In this document: piece after piece, positions 8,560 to 18,418 of the stretch | How positions within the stretch are numbered: position 1 is the first letter of the stretch | Layout: each line of letters begins with the position of its first letter | Source: an uncultured delta proteobacterium | GTDB lineage: Bacteria > Desulfobacterota > Desulfobaccia > Desulfobaccales > 0-14-0-80-60-11 | Direction: 5' to 3' | DNA: 64,000 nucleotides | NCBI GenBank assembly: GCA_963812015.1 | Contig: CAWETI010000003.1 | Location: 896,001-960,000, forward strand | Program-made: the position numbers and the translations under genes | Notes under the pieces: generated by a model | Seen by the model: only the letters and a program-made list of their open reading frames with translations | Databases searched by the model: none | What the model was told of the DNA's origin: nothing

Positions 8560-9715
8560 CCGTGGGGCGGGAAAGCGAAGCGCATCCCGCCTAACCTGCC
8601 TCAGATGAAAATTGTCATGCTGAACGCCGTGCAGCATCTCGCTTTTTCGGCAAGTTGAAACCCTGCCCTGCCTTCAGGATGACCCCAAAAACCGGTTTTG
8701 CCATGGCTTGTAGGCTCACGGAGCATCTTCTTTGTCGAAATCGGGGCAGAGATACTGCCTGTTCTGGCAATTCCCCGACCTCACCCTATAGTGAGCCAAA
8801 ACTCTCGTCTCCACTGCCAGGGCTTTGGACCCAGGCCGGTAGCACAGGCTTTCCAGCCTGTGCAGACCGTAATTTGGGCCTATATGTTTGGAGAGGCTGC
8901 ATTTTTTCAAGAGGCTCAAACGTTCCTTCCTTTTATCCCCTCTCCACCCAGCGGGGGGAGAGAGGCAGGGTGAGGGGGGGCAATTGTGCTCCCATATCTA
9001 CTGTGCGGTGGAAAGATTTTCCTATGAGCCCTTTAGCCAAATTCATAACCCAAAATACTCACTCCTTTGTTCCGGCTTGGCCTCTTGCCTGCGAGACGGC
9101 CTGTAACTCTGCGGCCCGGCGCCGGCGCCCGGCGGTATCCTGCGGTACTGCAGCCGGTCCGCTGCGGCATGTAAAGCGGTACCAAGCGGCACAATTGCGG
9201 CTGCAAAGGGGAAAGAACAAGACACAAAGCGCAATATTATAGGTATGTTATGGCTCAGCACCGAGACGTTAACCGTACCATTCTCCGCAACCGGCACATT
9301 ACAAGGGTGCAAGTTGCCCTAAAAAGACGTGAAGTTATGGCACCTGATCTAAAACCCATTGAAAATACAAGATTATTCGCTACGCTCTCATGTTTCTTCG
9401 AGTCCCCCTTTGAAAAAGGAGGATTGAGGAGGATTTATAAAGACTTACAAAATCTCCCCCCAGCAACCTTTCCCAAAGGGGGGAGTTTTGAGGAGTTTCT
9501 GGATGAAAACTATCTATCCCTAGTTTGCGTAAGGGCGCACCCGGGTGCGAGCTCACAAACCGGGCGGACACTTAAGCCGCACCTACCAAAAATGCCAAAT
9601 AATTTTGACCGAAAAATCCGGGACATGACCCCAGGCATTTGTTAGAATGAAACTTTTCGCGGCGCTCAGATTGACAACCGGTAGAAATGAGGTTTTGAAA
9701 TGGCCTGTAGAAAAG
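8560..9715. repeat. Mosaic of REP/MITE-like fragments
   Basis: Hairpin units GTGGGGCGGGAAAGCGAAGCGCATCCCGCC, GTCATGCTGAACG...CAGGATGAC, GTAGCACAGGCTTTCCAGCCTGTGC, CCCCTCTCC...GGGTGAGGGGGG, CCCCCTTTGAAAAAGG..., GTAAGGGCGCACC...CCTAC. Confidence 0.65.
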
Positions 9716-9725
9716 ATTCAATGGG

Positions 9726-11057
9726 ATGCAGATGAAAGCAATTAAAGTAGGCCTGATCGGTTTTGGCACGGTGGGGACCGGGGTGGTGCGCCTGCTTACC
9801 GAAGAGCGCACGTTACTGGCCCGGCGCTTGGGCGCCGACCTGGTCTTGAAGAAGGTGGCGGACCTGGACCTGGCGCGGCCGCGGTCCGTGGCTCTGCCGG
9901 CCGACTGCCTCACCTCCCGGGTGGAAGACATCCTGGACGACCCGGAAATCGATATTGTGGTGGAACTCATCGGCGGGACCACTGCGGCCCGGGACTATGT
10001 CTTGCGCGCCATCGGCCGGGGCAAGCACGTGGTCACCGCCAACAAGGCCCTCCTGGCCCACCACGGCAACGACTTGCTGGCCGCGGCGGCGGAACGGGGG
10101 GTGGAGATTGCCTTTGAGGCCTCGGTGTGCGGCGGCATCCCCATCATCCTGACCCTGCGGCAGGGGCTGGCGGCCAACCGGGTCCGGGAGCTGTTCGGCA
10201 TCCTCAACGGCACCGCCAACTACATCCTTACCCAGATGACCCAGAGCGGCGCGTCTTATGCCCAGGCCCTGGCTGAGGCTCAGGCCCACGGCTACGCCGA
10301 AGCGGATCCCACCCTGGACGTGGAAGGCATCGACACCGCCCACAAGCTGGCCATTCTCATGAGCCTGGCGTATGGGGCCCAACTGGACCTGGAGTCCATC
10401 GCGGTGCAAGGGATCAGCCGGCTTGACCCCCTGGACCTGCAATTCGCCGGAGAATTCGGCTACAGCCTGAAACTGCTGGCCATTACCCGGGATGACGGGC
10501 ACCGGGTGGAGGCCCGGGTCCACCCCACCCTGGTCCCCCGGGACCACATGCTGGCCAACGTCAACGGCGCCATGAACGCCGTCTACCTCACCGGAGATGC
10601 GGTGGGCCCCATTCTGCTGTATGGCCAGGGGGCCGGGATGATGCCCACGGCCAGCGCCGTGGTGAGCGACTTGATCGACCTGGCCCGCAATCTCCTCCAT
10701 GGGGCTCCCGGCCGGGTGCCGGCCCTGGGGTGGGAATCGGCCCTGACCACCCGGCGGCTCATCAAACCCATCAACGATCTGATGACCAACTACTACCTGA
10801 GGGTTTCGGCCCTGGACCGGCCCGGCGTCCTGTCCGAGGTGTCGGGCATCCTGGGAAAACACAACATCAGCATCGGCGCGGTGATCCAGAAAGGCCGGGA
10901 AGTGGAAGGCACGGTGCCCATCGTCATGATCACGCATGAGGCCCGGGAGGCCGACGCCCGCCAGGCCATCACCGAGATCGACCAACTGTCCATCGTGTCC
11001 CCGCCCACCGTTTTTTACCGCATCGAGGATCCCCACCTCCACGCCGCCCAGATTTAG
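9726..11057 (+). CDS. hom: Homoserine dehydrogenase with C-terminal ACT domain
   Basis: GFGTVG, VVTANKA, FEASVCGGIP, GILNGT, GYAEADP, DRPGVL ACT domain. Confidence 0.95.
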   Translation: MQMKAIKVGLIGFGTVGTGVVRLLTEERTLLARRLGADLVLKKVADLDLARPRSVALPADCLTSRVEDILDDPEIDIVVELIGGTTAARDYVLRAIGRGKHVVTANKALLAHHGNDLLAAAAERGVEIAFEASVCGGIPIILTLRQGLAANRVRELFGILNGTANYILTQMTQSGASYAQALAEAQAHGYAEADPTLDVEGIDTAHKLAILMSLAYGAQLDLESIAVQGISRLDPLDLQFAGEFGYSLKLLAITRDDGHRVEARVHPTLVPRDHMLANVNGAMNAVYLTGDAVGPILLYGQGAGMMPTASAVVSDLIDLARNLLHGAPGRVPALGWESALTTRRLIKPINDLMTNYYLRVSALDRPGVLSEVSGILGKHNISIGAVIQKGREVEGTVPIVMITHEAREADARQAITEIDQLSIVSPPTVFYRIEDPHLHAAQI

Positions 11058-11263
11058 CGGAGCAGGAGGGCGGCAAGATTTTTTATAAGGGTCGCCCTCA
11101 CCCTCCCTCCATTCCTCCCAGCCCCCTGAAACAGGTCTATCGTCTCGCCGCTATCTTCCCTGGGGCCTCCAAGATTAAAGAAAATGGCGTTAACGGTCGA
11201 CAGGGTGAGAAAGCATAACTATTATAAAAATAATCATACATTACTGCGTGGAAGGAGGTCCTC

Positions 11264-11548
11264 ATGAACGACTTTTGGGCGTTCCGGACCATGGTCACCC
11301 CGGTCATCATCCAGATCCTGTTCTGGGTCGGCTCTCTCCTCTGTCTCATCATCGGCGCTATTATGGTAATCTATGGCGCCAGCCATTATCAGGGGGGCCA
11401 GGGCCACAACCTGTGGAAGGGGGTGCTTCTCTTCGTGCTGGGGCCTCTGGGGGTCCGGGTCTATTGTGAGATCTTGATCGTCTTGTTCCGGATCAACGAG
11501 ACCCTGACGGAAATTAAACACGCCGTGGGACGGCAGCCCGAGGCGTAA
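11264..11548 (+). CDS. DUF4282 family membrane protein
   Basis: F..MVTP.IIQILFW...GPL.VR.YCE..IV.FRINE pattern; GGAGG RBS. Confidence 0.8.
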   Translation: MNDFWAFRTMVTPVIIQILFWVGSLLCLIIGAIMVIYGASHYQGGQGHNLWKGVLLFVLGPLGVRVYCEILIVLFRINETLTEIKHAVGRQPEA

Positions 11549-11658
11549 AGACCGGCCGGTGGCCGGGGGAATCGCCCCAGGGCCGCCGGAGGATCGTCCG
11601 GGGGAGACGGAAGCGAGGGGGAAAGCACCATGAATTCAGTCTATCGGCAAGGAGGCAT

Positions 11659-12075
11659 GTGGCTATGAGAGGCAGAGCAGCTTGGTTAGGTGTGGCGGTA
11701 ATGATGGCGGTGCTGGGCATCGCCTTGGTGGGTTGCGCCACGGGGCCGACCAGCAGCCCGGTTTCATCCCAGGCGGACCTGCTCACGCAGGCTGGGTTTA
11801 GAATACATTCGGCGAACACCCCCCAAAAGCTGGCCTACGTGAAAACCCTGCCGGCCAAGAAGGTGGTGTTGAATCAGTATCAGGACAAACCCCTGTATTT
11901 AGTATGCACCGACCCCGATGCCAAGCAGTGCTTTTTGGGGGACGAGGCGGCCTATCAGCGGTATGAGCAATTAGCCATCCAGCAAAGCATTTCCGAAGAC
12001 CAGCATAAGGTCGAGGAGCATCGCTGGGACCCCGAGGCCCTGCAGATGTGGGTGGATTCCCAGGGCGGGGGCTGA
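11659..12075 (+). CDS. Hypothetical lipoprotein
   Basis: Lipobox LVGC after hydrophobic stretch; AGGAGG RBS. Confidence 0.7.
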   Translation: MAMRGRAAWLGVAVMMAVLGIALVGCATGPTSSPVSSQADLLTQAGFRIHSANTPQKLAYVKTLPAKKVVLNQYQDKPLYLVCTDPDAKQCFLGDEAAYQRYEQLAIQQSISEDQHKVEEHRWDPEALQMWVDSQGGG

Positions 12076-12376
12076 TGGGCTTATCGTGAGTCTGGACGGA
12101 TAGGGGGGATGGCTGACGTCCCCCACGTCCCACCCGAGTTGGCAGGATGTCCTGCTCGGATACGCGGTGACGCTCTTTAAGGGAAGGGCTTGCCCGCCTG
12201 CGGCTAAACCTGGCGAGCGGTGTTCCCGGTCGGCGCGTCACAAATTACCCCTGCTTTTCTCCTCCCACCTTGCCTCACCTGCATCCCAGCAGTTATGATT
12301 AAGCAGGCGGGCTCATTCCGGGTTTCCCCGGAGAAGGGCCGGCATTCACTCTGTCGTGTAAAGGTCAGGTTTAGAT

Positions 12377-13573
12377 ATGAAATACGTCATTCTGGTAGGC
12401 GACGGCATGGGGGACTACCCCATGGCCGAGTTAGGTGGCAAAACCCCGCTTCAGGCCGCAGCCACCCCGCATCTGGACGAACTGGCCCGACGGGGCGAGC
12501 TGGGGTGCGCCCGCACCATCCCCCCGGGTAAGGAACCGGGCAGCGACATCGCCAATCTGGCCATCATGGGATACGATCCGGTACGCTACCACACCGGGCG
12601 GGCGCCGCTGGAGGCCGCGGCCCTGGGGGTGAAATTGGGTCCGGCGGAAGTGGCCTTTCGCTGCAACCTGGTGACCCTGCGCCAGGAGGCCTCGGGGATT
12701 ATCATGGAGGACTACGCCGCCGGGCACATCACCAGCGAGGAGGCCAAAGAGCTCATCGCGGCATTAGAAGCCGCCCTGGGCCGGGACGGGCGCCGCTTTT
12801 TCCCGGGGGTGAGCTACCGGCACCTGCTGGTGTGGGCCCAGGGGGACGCGGCTTGGCGCACCTACCCGCCCCATGACTGGACCGGCAAGGAAGTGGGCCA
12901 CCTCATGGGGGGAGACGCCCAGCCCCTGTGGGACCTGATCCGCGCCTCCTGGCCGGTGCTCAAGGACCTGGAGGTCAACCGCCGCCGGGTGGCGGCCGGG
13001 AAAAGACCGGCCACCTCCATCTGGCTCTGGGGCCAGGGCCGGCCTCCCCGGATGCCTACCCTCAAGGAACGCTTCGGCCTCACCGGCGCGGTGATTTCGG
13101 CAGTGGACCTGATCCGGGGCATCGGCAAATATGCCGGACTTAAGGCCATCCTGGTCCCCGGGGCCACGGGTTTTCTGGACACCAATTACGCCGGCAAGGT
13201 GGCTGCGGCCTTAGAGGCCCTGAAGGAGATGGACCTGGTCTTCGTCCACGTGGAGGCGCCGGATGAAGCGGGCCACAGCGGCGAACTGAAACTCAAACTC
13301 CAGGCCATCGAAGACTTTGACGCCAAGGTGGTGGGGCCGATGCGAGCGGGGCTGGATAAGCTGGGGGATTACCGCCTTTTGGTGCTCTGCGATCACCTGA
13401 CGCCTTTGGTGCTGCGCACCCATACCGATGAGCCGGTGCCGTTCATCCTCTACGACTCCCGGACCCCGGGAGACCATCCTCGGCCCTATACCGAGATTGC
13501 GGCCAAGGAAACCGGCCTGCTCCTGGACCAGGGCGCCGACCTGCTGCCCCGGCTGCTGGAGAAGGAAAAATAA
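12377..13573 (+). CDS. apgM: Cofactor-independent phosphoglycerate mutase, ApgM type (thr-cluster associated)
   Basis: GDGMGD, GSDIAN, HVEAPDEAGH, DHLTP motifs. Confidence 0.9.
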   Translation: MKYVILVGDGMGDYPMAELGGKTPLQAAATPHLDELARRGELGCARTIPPGKEPGSDIANLAIMGYDPVRYHTGRAPLEAAALGVKLGPAEVAFRCNLVTLRQEASGIIMEDYAAGHITSEEAKELIAALEAALGRDGRRFFPGVSYRHLLVWAQGDAAWRTYPPHDWTGKEVGHLMGGDAQPLWDLIRASWPVLKDLEVNRRRVAAGKRPATSIWLWGQGRPPRMPTLKERFGLTGAVISAVDLIRGIGKYAGLKAILVPGATGFLDTNYAGKVAAALEALKEMDLVFVHVEAPDEAGHSGELKLKLQAIEDFDAKVVGPMRAGLDKLGDYRLLVLCDHLTPLVLRTHTDEPVPFILYDSRTPGDHPRPYTEIAAKETGLLLDQGADLLPRLLEKEK

Positions 13574-13583
13574 GCAAAGATAA

Positions 13584-13647
13584 TTGGGGGGAGGGCCAGG
13601 GACTTCGCCCCTGCCCTCCCCCCAAACCCCCCTCCCAACCCGTATAA
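13584..13647 (+). repeat. Family A repeat, inverted partner of 14684-14746
   Basis: GGGGGGAGGGCCAGGG...CCCTCCCAACCCGTATAA. Confidence 0.75.
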
Positions 13648-13747
13648 ACAAGTAGGGGCGACCCGTTGGGTCGCCCCTGTTCGTCGGCAAACATTTAGCT
13701 TTCAAGAAAAGGCTAGGCGCTTGGTCCTTTCCCTCCTTCAAAAATCC

Positions 13748-14608
13748 CTACAATCTCTCCTCCAAATACCGCACCGCGTTTTTGAAGATGGCTAGGCCGG
13801 CGCCGACCTGTTCGGGGTAGGGTTCGCCCCGGCGGCGCCAGGCTTCTTTTTCCCGGGTCCAGGTGGGGTGCTGGAAGGAGGAGATGTGGGCTTCAGGGTG
13901 GGGCATGAGGCCCAGGACCCGGCCGGTGGCGTCCGTGACGCCGGCGATGTCCAGAAGTGAGCCGTTGGGGTTATGGGGAAACCGGCCCAGGGCCGCGTCA
14001 CCCGAGGGGGTGGCGTATTTCAGGGCGATCTGGCCCCGGTCGGCCAGTTCCGCCAGGACGGGGCCATCGGCGTAAAATTTCCCCTCCCCATGGCGGATGG
14101 GCAACTCCAGATGGTCCAGCCCCTGGGTAAAGACGCACTGGGAGGCCATGACCTTGAGGTGGACCCAGGCGTCCCTAAAGTTCCCGCAGTCGTTGGGGAT
14201 GAGGGCCGCCAGGCGGGCGTCGGACCGGCCCGGCAAGCCGGGCAGCAGCCCCAGGTTGACCAGGACCTGAAAGCCGTTGCAGATGCCGATGACCAGACGG
14301 CCGGCGGCGATGAATTCGGCCAGGGCCGAGCCCAGGGCCAGCTTCAGCCTCAAGGCCAGGATGACCCCGGCGCCGTGGTCGTCACCCCAGGAAAACCCCC
14401 CGGGCACGGCCAGGAGGTGGTAGTCCCAGAGGATGGCCGGGTTCTCCAACAGATCGGTGGTGTGGACCCGCACCGCCTCGGCCCCGGCCTGGGCCAGGGC
14501 GAATTGGGTTTCGTAGTCGCAGTTGAGGCCGTAGCCGTAGAGCACCAAAGCCTTCGGCTTTGGTGCTGGGTTTTCGGTTTTCGGTTTTCGGTTATTGGTG
14601 GGGCCCAT
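13748..14608 (-). CDS. purQ: Phosphoribosylformylglycinamidine synthase glutaminase subunit
   Basis: GGFSWGD, GICNGFQ, HGEGKF, NPNGS, MPHPE. Confidence 0.92.
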   Translation of the reverse strand: MGPTNNRKPKTENPAPKPKALVLYGYGLNCDYETQFALAQAGAEAVRVHTTDLLENPAILWDYHLLAVPGGFSWGDDHGAGVILALRLKLALGSALAEFIAAGRLVIGICNGFQVLVNLGLLPGLPGRSDARLAALIPNDCGNFRDAWVHLKVMASQCVFTQGLDHLELPIRHGEGKFYADGPVLAELADRGQIALKYATPSGDAALGRFPHNPNGSLLDIAGVTDATGRVLGLMPHPEAHISSFQHPTWTREKEAWRRRGEPYPEQVGAGLAIFKNAVRYLEERL

Positions 14609-14683
14609 GTCGTTGCACCCGGATTTTGCTATGTGGAGTGATTTATGAAAATTGTTTAGGCAAGACGCCTGGGCTATCAAATC

Positions 14684-14746
14684 TTATACGGGTTGGGAGG
14701 GGGGTGTGGGGGGAGGGCAGGGCCGTTGGCCCTGGCCCTCCCCCCA
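14684..14746 (-). repeat. Family A repeat
   Basis: TTATACGGGTTGGGAGGGGGG...GGCCCTCCCCCCA, reverse complement of 13584-13647. Confidence 0.75.
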
Positions 14747-14764
14747 CATATCCTTTTCTTCCCC

Positions 14765-17434
14765 CTATTTCTTCCCGCTCTTCTTCTTTTTGGGTTTAGA
14801 GGCCGCCTTCTTTTCTTCCTGCCTCTGTTTCTGGGCTGCCAGTTCCACGACTTTTTCCCGCTTCACCGTCACCCGCTTGGCCTCTTTCCGCCAGGCGAAG
14901 ACGACGGGGCTGGCCACAAACACGGAGGAGTAGGTGCCCACCAGGACCCCTAAGATCATGGCCAGGGCGAAATCCCTGAGGACCACGCCGCCGAAGAAGA
15001 ACAGCGCCACCACCACCAGGAACACGGTGGTGCTGGTGATGATGGTACGGGAGAGCACCTCATTGACGCTGAGGTTGATGATCTCCGCCAGTTTACCCCG
15101 GCGCCGGGCCAGATTTTCCCGGATGCGGTCGAAGACCACCACGGTGTCGGTGAGGGAGTAGCCCGCCAGGGTAAGGAGGGCGGTGACCACCAGCAGGGTG
15201 ATTTCGATGTTGAATAGATAGAAGATGCCCAGGACGGCCAGGACGTCGTGGAAGGTGGCTATGGTGGCGCCGATGCCGAAGATGAATTCGAAGCGCCAGG
15301 CGATGTAGACAATAATGCCGAGCATGGAGATGATGATGGCCACGATGGCCTTATTGCGCAGGTCATTGCTGATGGAAGCGCCGATCTCGGATTTGCCGAT
15401 GACCTTGAACTGATTGTCCGGCATGGCTTTATTGAGCAGGTCGGCCAGGTGTTCGGACATCTGGCCCACGGAGGTCTCGGACTTCTTGAGCTTGACCATC
15501 AGCTCCTTGCCGCCTTCAATCTGCTGGATCTCGGCGTGGCCCCAGCCTTCCTTATCAAGGGCCTCCCGCACCTGGTTGACGGTGAAGGGTTTGGCTGCGG
15601 TCATATCCACCAGGGCGCCGCCGCTGAACTCCACGCCCAGGTTGCCGTGGCCCAGGGAGAGCTGCACGAAGGCCACGATACCCAGGAGGCACAAGGCCCC
15701 GGAGATGACAAAGGCGTAATGACGCCAGCCGATGAAGTCGATGTTGGGCTGCTTGAAGACTTCGAAGAAACTGAGCTTTTTCAGCCAGCGCTTGATCAGC
15801 AGCCAGTCGTACACCACCCGGGTGCCGAATAGGGCGGTAAAGAGATTGAGGATCACGCCCAGGCTCAGGGTGACCGCAAAGCCCTTGATGGGCCCGGTGC
15901 CGAAGAGGAAGAGGGCGCAGGCGGTGATCAGGGTGGTGACGTGGGCGTCGATGATCGTCCAGAAGGCCTTATCATAGCCCCCATCGATACTGGCCTTCAG
16001 GGGCTTGCCGGCATGCAGTTCTTCCCGCATGCGCTCATAGATGAGGACGTTGGAGTCCACCGCCATCCCCACGGACAGGATGATACCGGCGATGCCCGGC
16101 AGGGTGAGGGTGGCGCCCAGGAGCGACAGGGCCCCCAGGAGCAGGATGACGTTGAGGACCATGGCGTAGTCGGCCACCAGTCCGGAGAAACGGTAGTAGA
16201 AGATCATGAAACCGATGACCAGGAGGGTAGCCAGCAGGCCCGCGGTGAGCCCTTTCTTGATGGAATCGGCCCCCAGGGTGGGACCCACGGTGATATTTTG
16301 GACGATCTTGACAGTGGCGGGGAGGGCCCCGGCCCGGAGCACGATGGCCAGGTCATGGGCCTCGGCCGGGGTATAGGAGCCGGTGATCTGGGCCTTGCCG
16401 CCGCCGATGCGCTCCTGGATGACCGGGGCCGAGCGCACCACCCCGTCCAGGATGATGGCCAGGCGGCGCTTGACGTTGTCGCCGGTGATCTTGCCGAACT
16501 CCGCAGCCCCCCGGCGGTTGAAGTCCACGGACACGTAGGGTTCATTGTAGTCGCCGATGCGCACCGTGGCGTTTTTCACCCCGGCGCCGGTCATCAAGAC
16601 CTTCTTTTTCAGGAGCAGGGGCTTGCTTTCGAGGCGGCCGGTGTCCTTGTTGATGCTCTTTTCGATATAAACTTCGTCATCGGCGGGAATCTTATCCGCC
16701 AAGGCCTGGTTGAGCTGTTCCCGGGCATAGCCGGGCTTCAGGCGGCCACTCTTGAGGGCGGTGTCGATCAATTCCGGCAGACTGACCTGGGCCTGGTCAT
16801 CCACCAGCTTGAATTCCAGTTGGGCCGTCTGGCCGATGAGGTCCAGGGCCCGCTGGGGGTCCTGGACGCCGGGGAGCTGGACCACGATCTGGTCGGCGCC
16901 CTGGCGCACCAGGACCGGCTCGGTCACGCCGAACTGGTCGATGCGGTTGCGGAGGACCTCGAGGCTCTGGGACAGGGTGCGTTCCTGGAGTTGCTTGATT
17001 TCCTCCGGGGTGAGGCTGAGGTCATAGACCGAGCCGCCGTCCCGGCGTTGGGGTTCCCCGGCCTTCAGATGGGGAAACTCCTCTTTCAAGAGTTTCAGAA
17101 AAGCAGCCTGTTCATCTTTATTGAGCACGGTGACGGGCAGCGCCTCTTTGGCCACATCCCCTATTTTGAGGGAATCTTTAAGGCCCCGCTTTTCCGCCAT
17201 TTCCAGCATGTCGGTGGCATCGCGGTGCAAGGCATTATTGATGGCGCTCTCCATATCCACCTGGAGGATCAGGTGCATACCCCCTTTCAGGTCCAACCCC
17301 AACTTCAAGCCGCGACTGACATGCTTTTCCCACCAGCCGGGAAGTCCCCCGGTGAGGGAGGGAAGCACGAACATGATGGCGATGACGGTGAGGATAAATA
17401 AGAAGAGGAACTTCAGGCGAACTGCTCTCAACAT
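14765..17434 (-). CDS. secDF: Fused protein translocase SecD/SecF
   Basis: LGLDLKGG, RIDQFGVTEP, GMAVDSNVLIYERMREE, GYSLTDTVVVFDRIRE. Confidence 0.95.
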   Translation of the reverse strand: MLRAVRLKFLFLFILTVIAIMFVLPSLTGGLPGWWEKHVSRGLKLGLDLKGGMHLILQVDMESAINNALHRDATDMLEMAEKRGLKDSLKIGDVAKEALPVTVLNKDEQAAFLKLLKEEFPHLKAGEPQRRDGGSVYDLSLTPEEIKQLQERTLSQSLEVLRNRIDQFGVTEPVLVRQGADQIVVQLPGVQDPQRALDLIGQTAQLEFKLVDDQAQVSLPELIDTALKSGRLKPGYAREQLNQALADKIPADDEVYIEKSINKDTGRLESKPLLLKKKVLMTGAGVKNATVRIGDYNEPYVSVDFNRRGAAEFGKITGDNVKRRLAIILDGVVRSAPVIQERIGGGKAQITGSYTPAEAHDLAIVLRAGALPATVKIVQNITVGPTLGADSIKKGLTAGLLATLLVIGFMIFYYRFSGLVADYAMVLNVILLLGALSLLGATLTLPGIAGIILSVGMAVDSNVLIYERMREELHAGKPLKASIDGGYDKAFWTIIDAHVTTLITACALFLFGTGPIKGFAVTLSLGVILNLFTALFGTRVVYDWLLIKRWLKKLSFFEVFKQPNIDFIGWRHYAFVISGALCLLGIVAFVQLSLGHGNLGVEFSGGALVDMTAAKPFTVNQVREALDKEGWGHAEIQQIEGGKELMVKLKKSETSVGQMSEHLADLLNKAMPDNQFKVIGKSEIGASISNDLRNKAIVAIIISMLGIIVYIAWRFEFIFGIGATIATFHDVLAVLGIFYLFNIEITLLVVTALLTLAGYSLTDTVVVFDRIRENLARRRGKLAEIINLSVNEVLSRTIITSTTVFLVVVALFFFGGVVLRDFALAMILGVLVGTYSSVFVASPVVFAWRKEAKRVTVKREKVVELAAQKQRQEEKKAASKPKKKKSGKK

Positions 17435-17667
17435 GCACCTATCTCCTTAGCGCCGGAGGCGAGACCGGCGTGGATTAAACTATTTTTCTCAGAATCTGTA
17501 ATCTTGTGATTCGGAGGAGCGCCAGAAAAAGGCCCTTTCCCCGGCGCGGCCTAATCTGACATAATTATCTCAGACTTGCCGGGCTGTCAAGGTTAATGGG
17601 CCGCGACCCGGCCCGGGCGGCCCTGGCCGGAAACCGCGCCCACGGTGAGGCTCAATGCCACATGGCG

Positions 17668-18330
17668 CTAAGGCCGGCGGTCAAAAAAGAATTCTTCTTC
17701 GGGCAGCTTCAAGGCGGTGAGAAAATTCCCATACACCGCGCCGGTGTCGATGCCGATCTTATTGGGCATGAGCAGGGGCTGTTTGAAGGGGGTATGCCCA
17801 AAAATGACCCGGCGGCCAAAATCTTCCTGGGAAGTGATAAATTCACCCCGGATCCACAACAGGTCGTCTTCCACCTGGTCGGCAAGGGGCACGCCGGGCT
17901 TGAGGCCGCCGTGGACGAAGATATAATCCGGGATTTCATAGTAAAGCTGCAAGTCCTGGTAAAACCGGGCGTGGTCCAGCGGCAAGGCCAGGCTGGCCCG
18001 GTCCTGGTCCACCCAGTCATCCCCCCAGTAGTCTTCCAGGGTCGCCATACCGCCGTTAAAGAGAAACATTTCGGCCGGGCTGCCCGCCAGGAAGTCCAGG
18101 AACATGGCCTCGTGGTTGCCTTTGAGGCAGATGATTTGCCCCGGGGGCGCCAGATTTTGCAGGCGGATGATATAATCCACCACCCCCTTGGACTGGGGGC
18201 CCCGATCGATATAGTCCCCCACGAACAACAGCCGGTCTTGGGTAAGATCCGGGTTGATCTTGTCCAGGAGGCGTTCCAGGGATTCCAGACTCCCGTGGAT
18301 GTCGCCGATGGCGTAGAGAGCAGCGTCCAT
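17668..18330 (-). CDS. Metallophosphoesterase (Ser/Thr phosphatase family)
   Basis: GDIHG, GDYIDRG, KGNHE, FGHTP, IDTGA. Confidence 0.9.
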   Translation of the reverse strand: MDAALYAIGDIHGSLESLERLLDKINPDLTQDRLLFVGDYIDRGPQSKGVVDYIIRLQNLAPPGQIICLKGNHEAMFLDFLAGSPAEMFLFNGGMATLEDYWGDDWVDQDRASLALPLDHARFYQDLQLYYEIPDYIFVHGGLKPGVPLADQVEDDLLWIRGEFITSQEDFGRRVIFGHTPFKQPLLMPNKIGIDTGAVYGNFLTALKLPEEEFFFDRRP

Positions 18331-18418
18331 CTGAGTCCTTAAGGGGTTCGTAGGGGCGGACCCGCGTGTCCGGCCCCTTGGGCGCACACATGGGTGCGCC
18401 CCTACAATGCCGTTTCTC

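Noticed and set aside
8655..9645. ORFs of 60-195 aa in the alaC-hom gap
   Set aside because: They read through REP/MITE fragments and show no protein motifs
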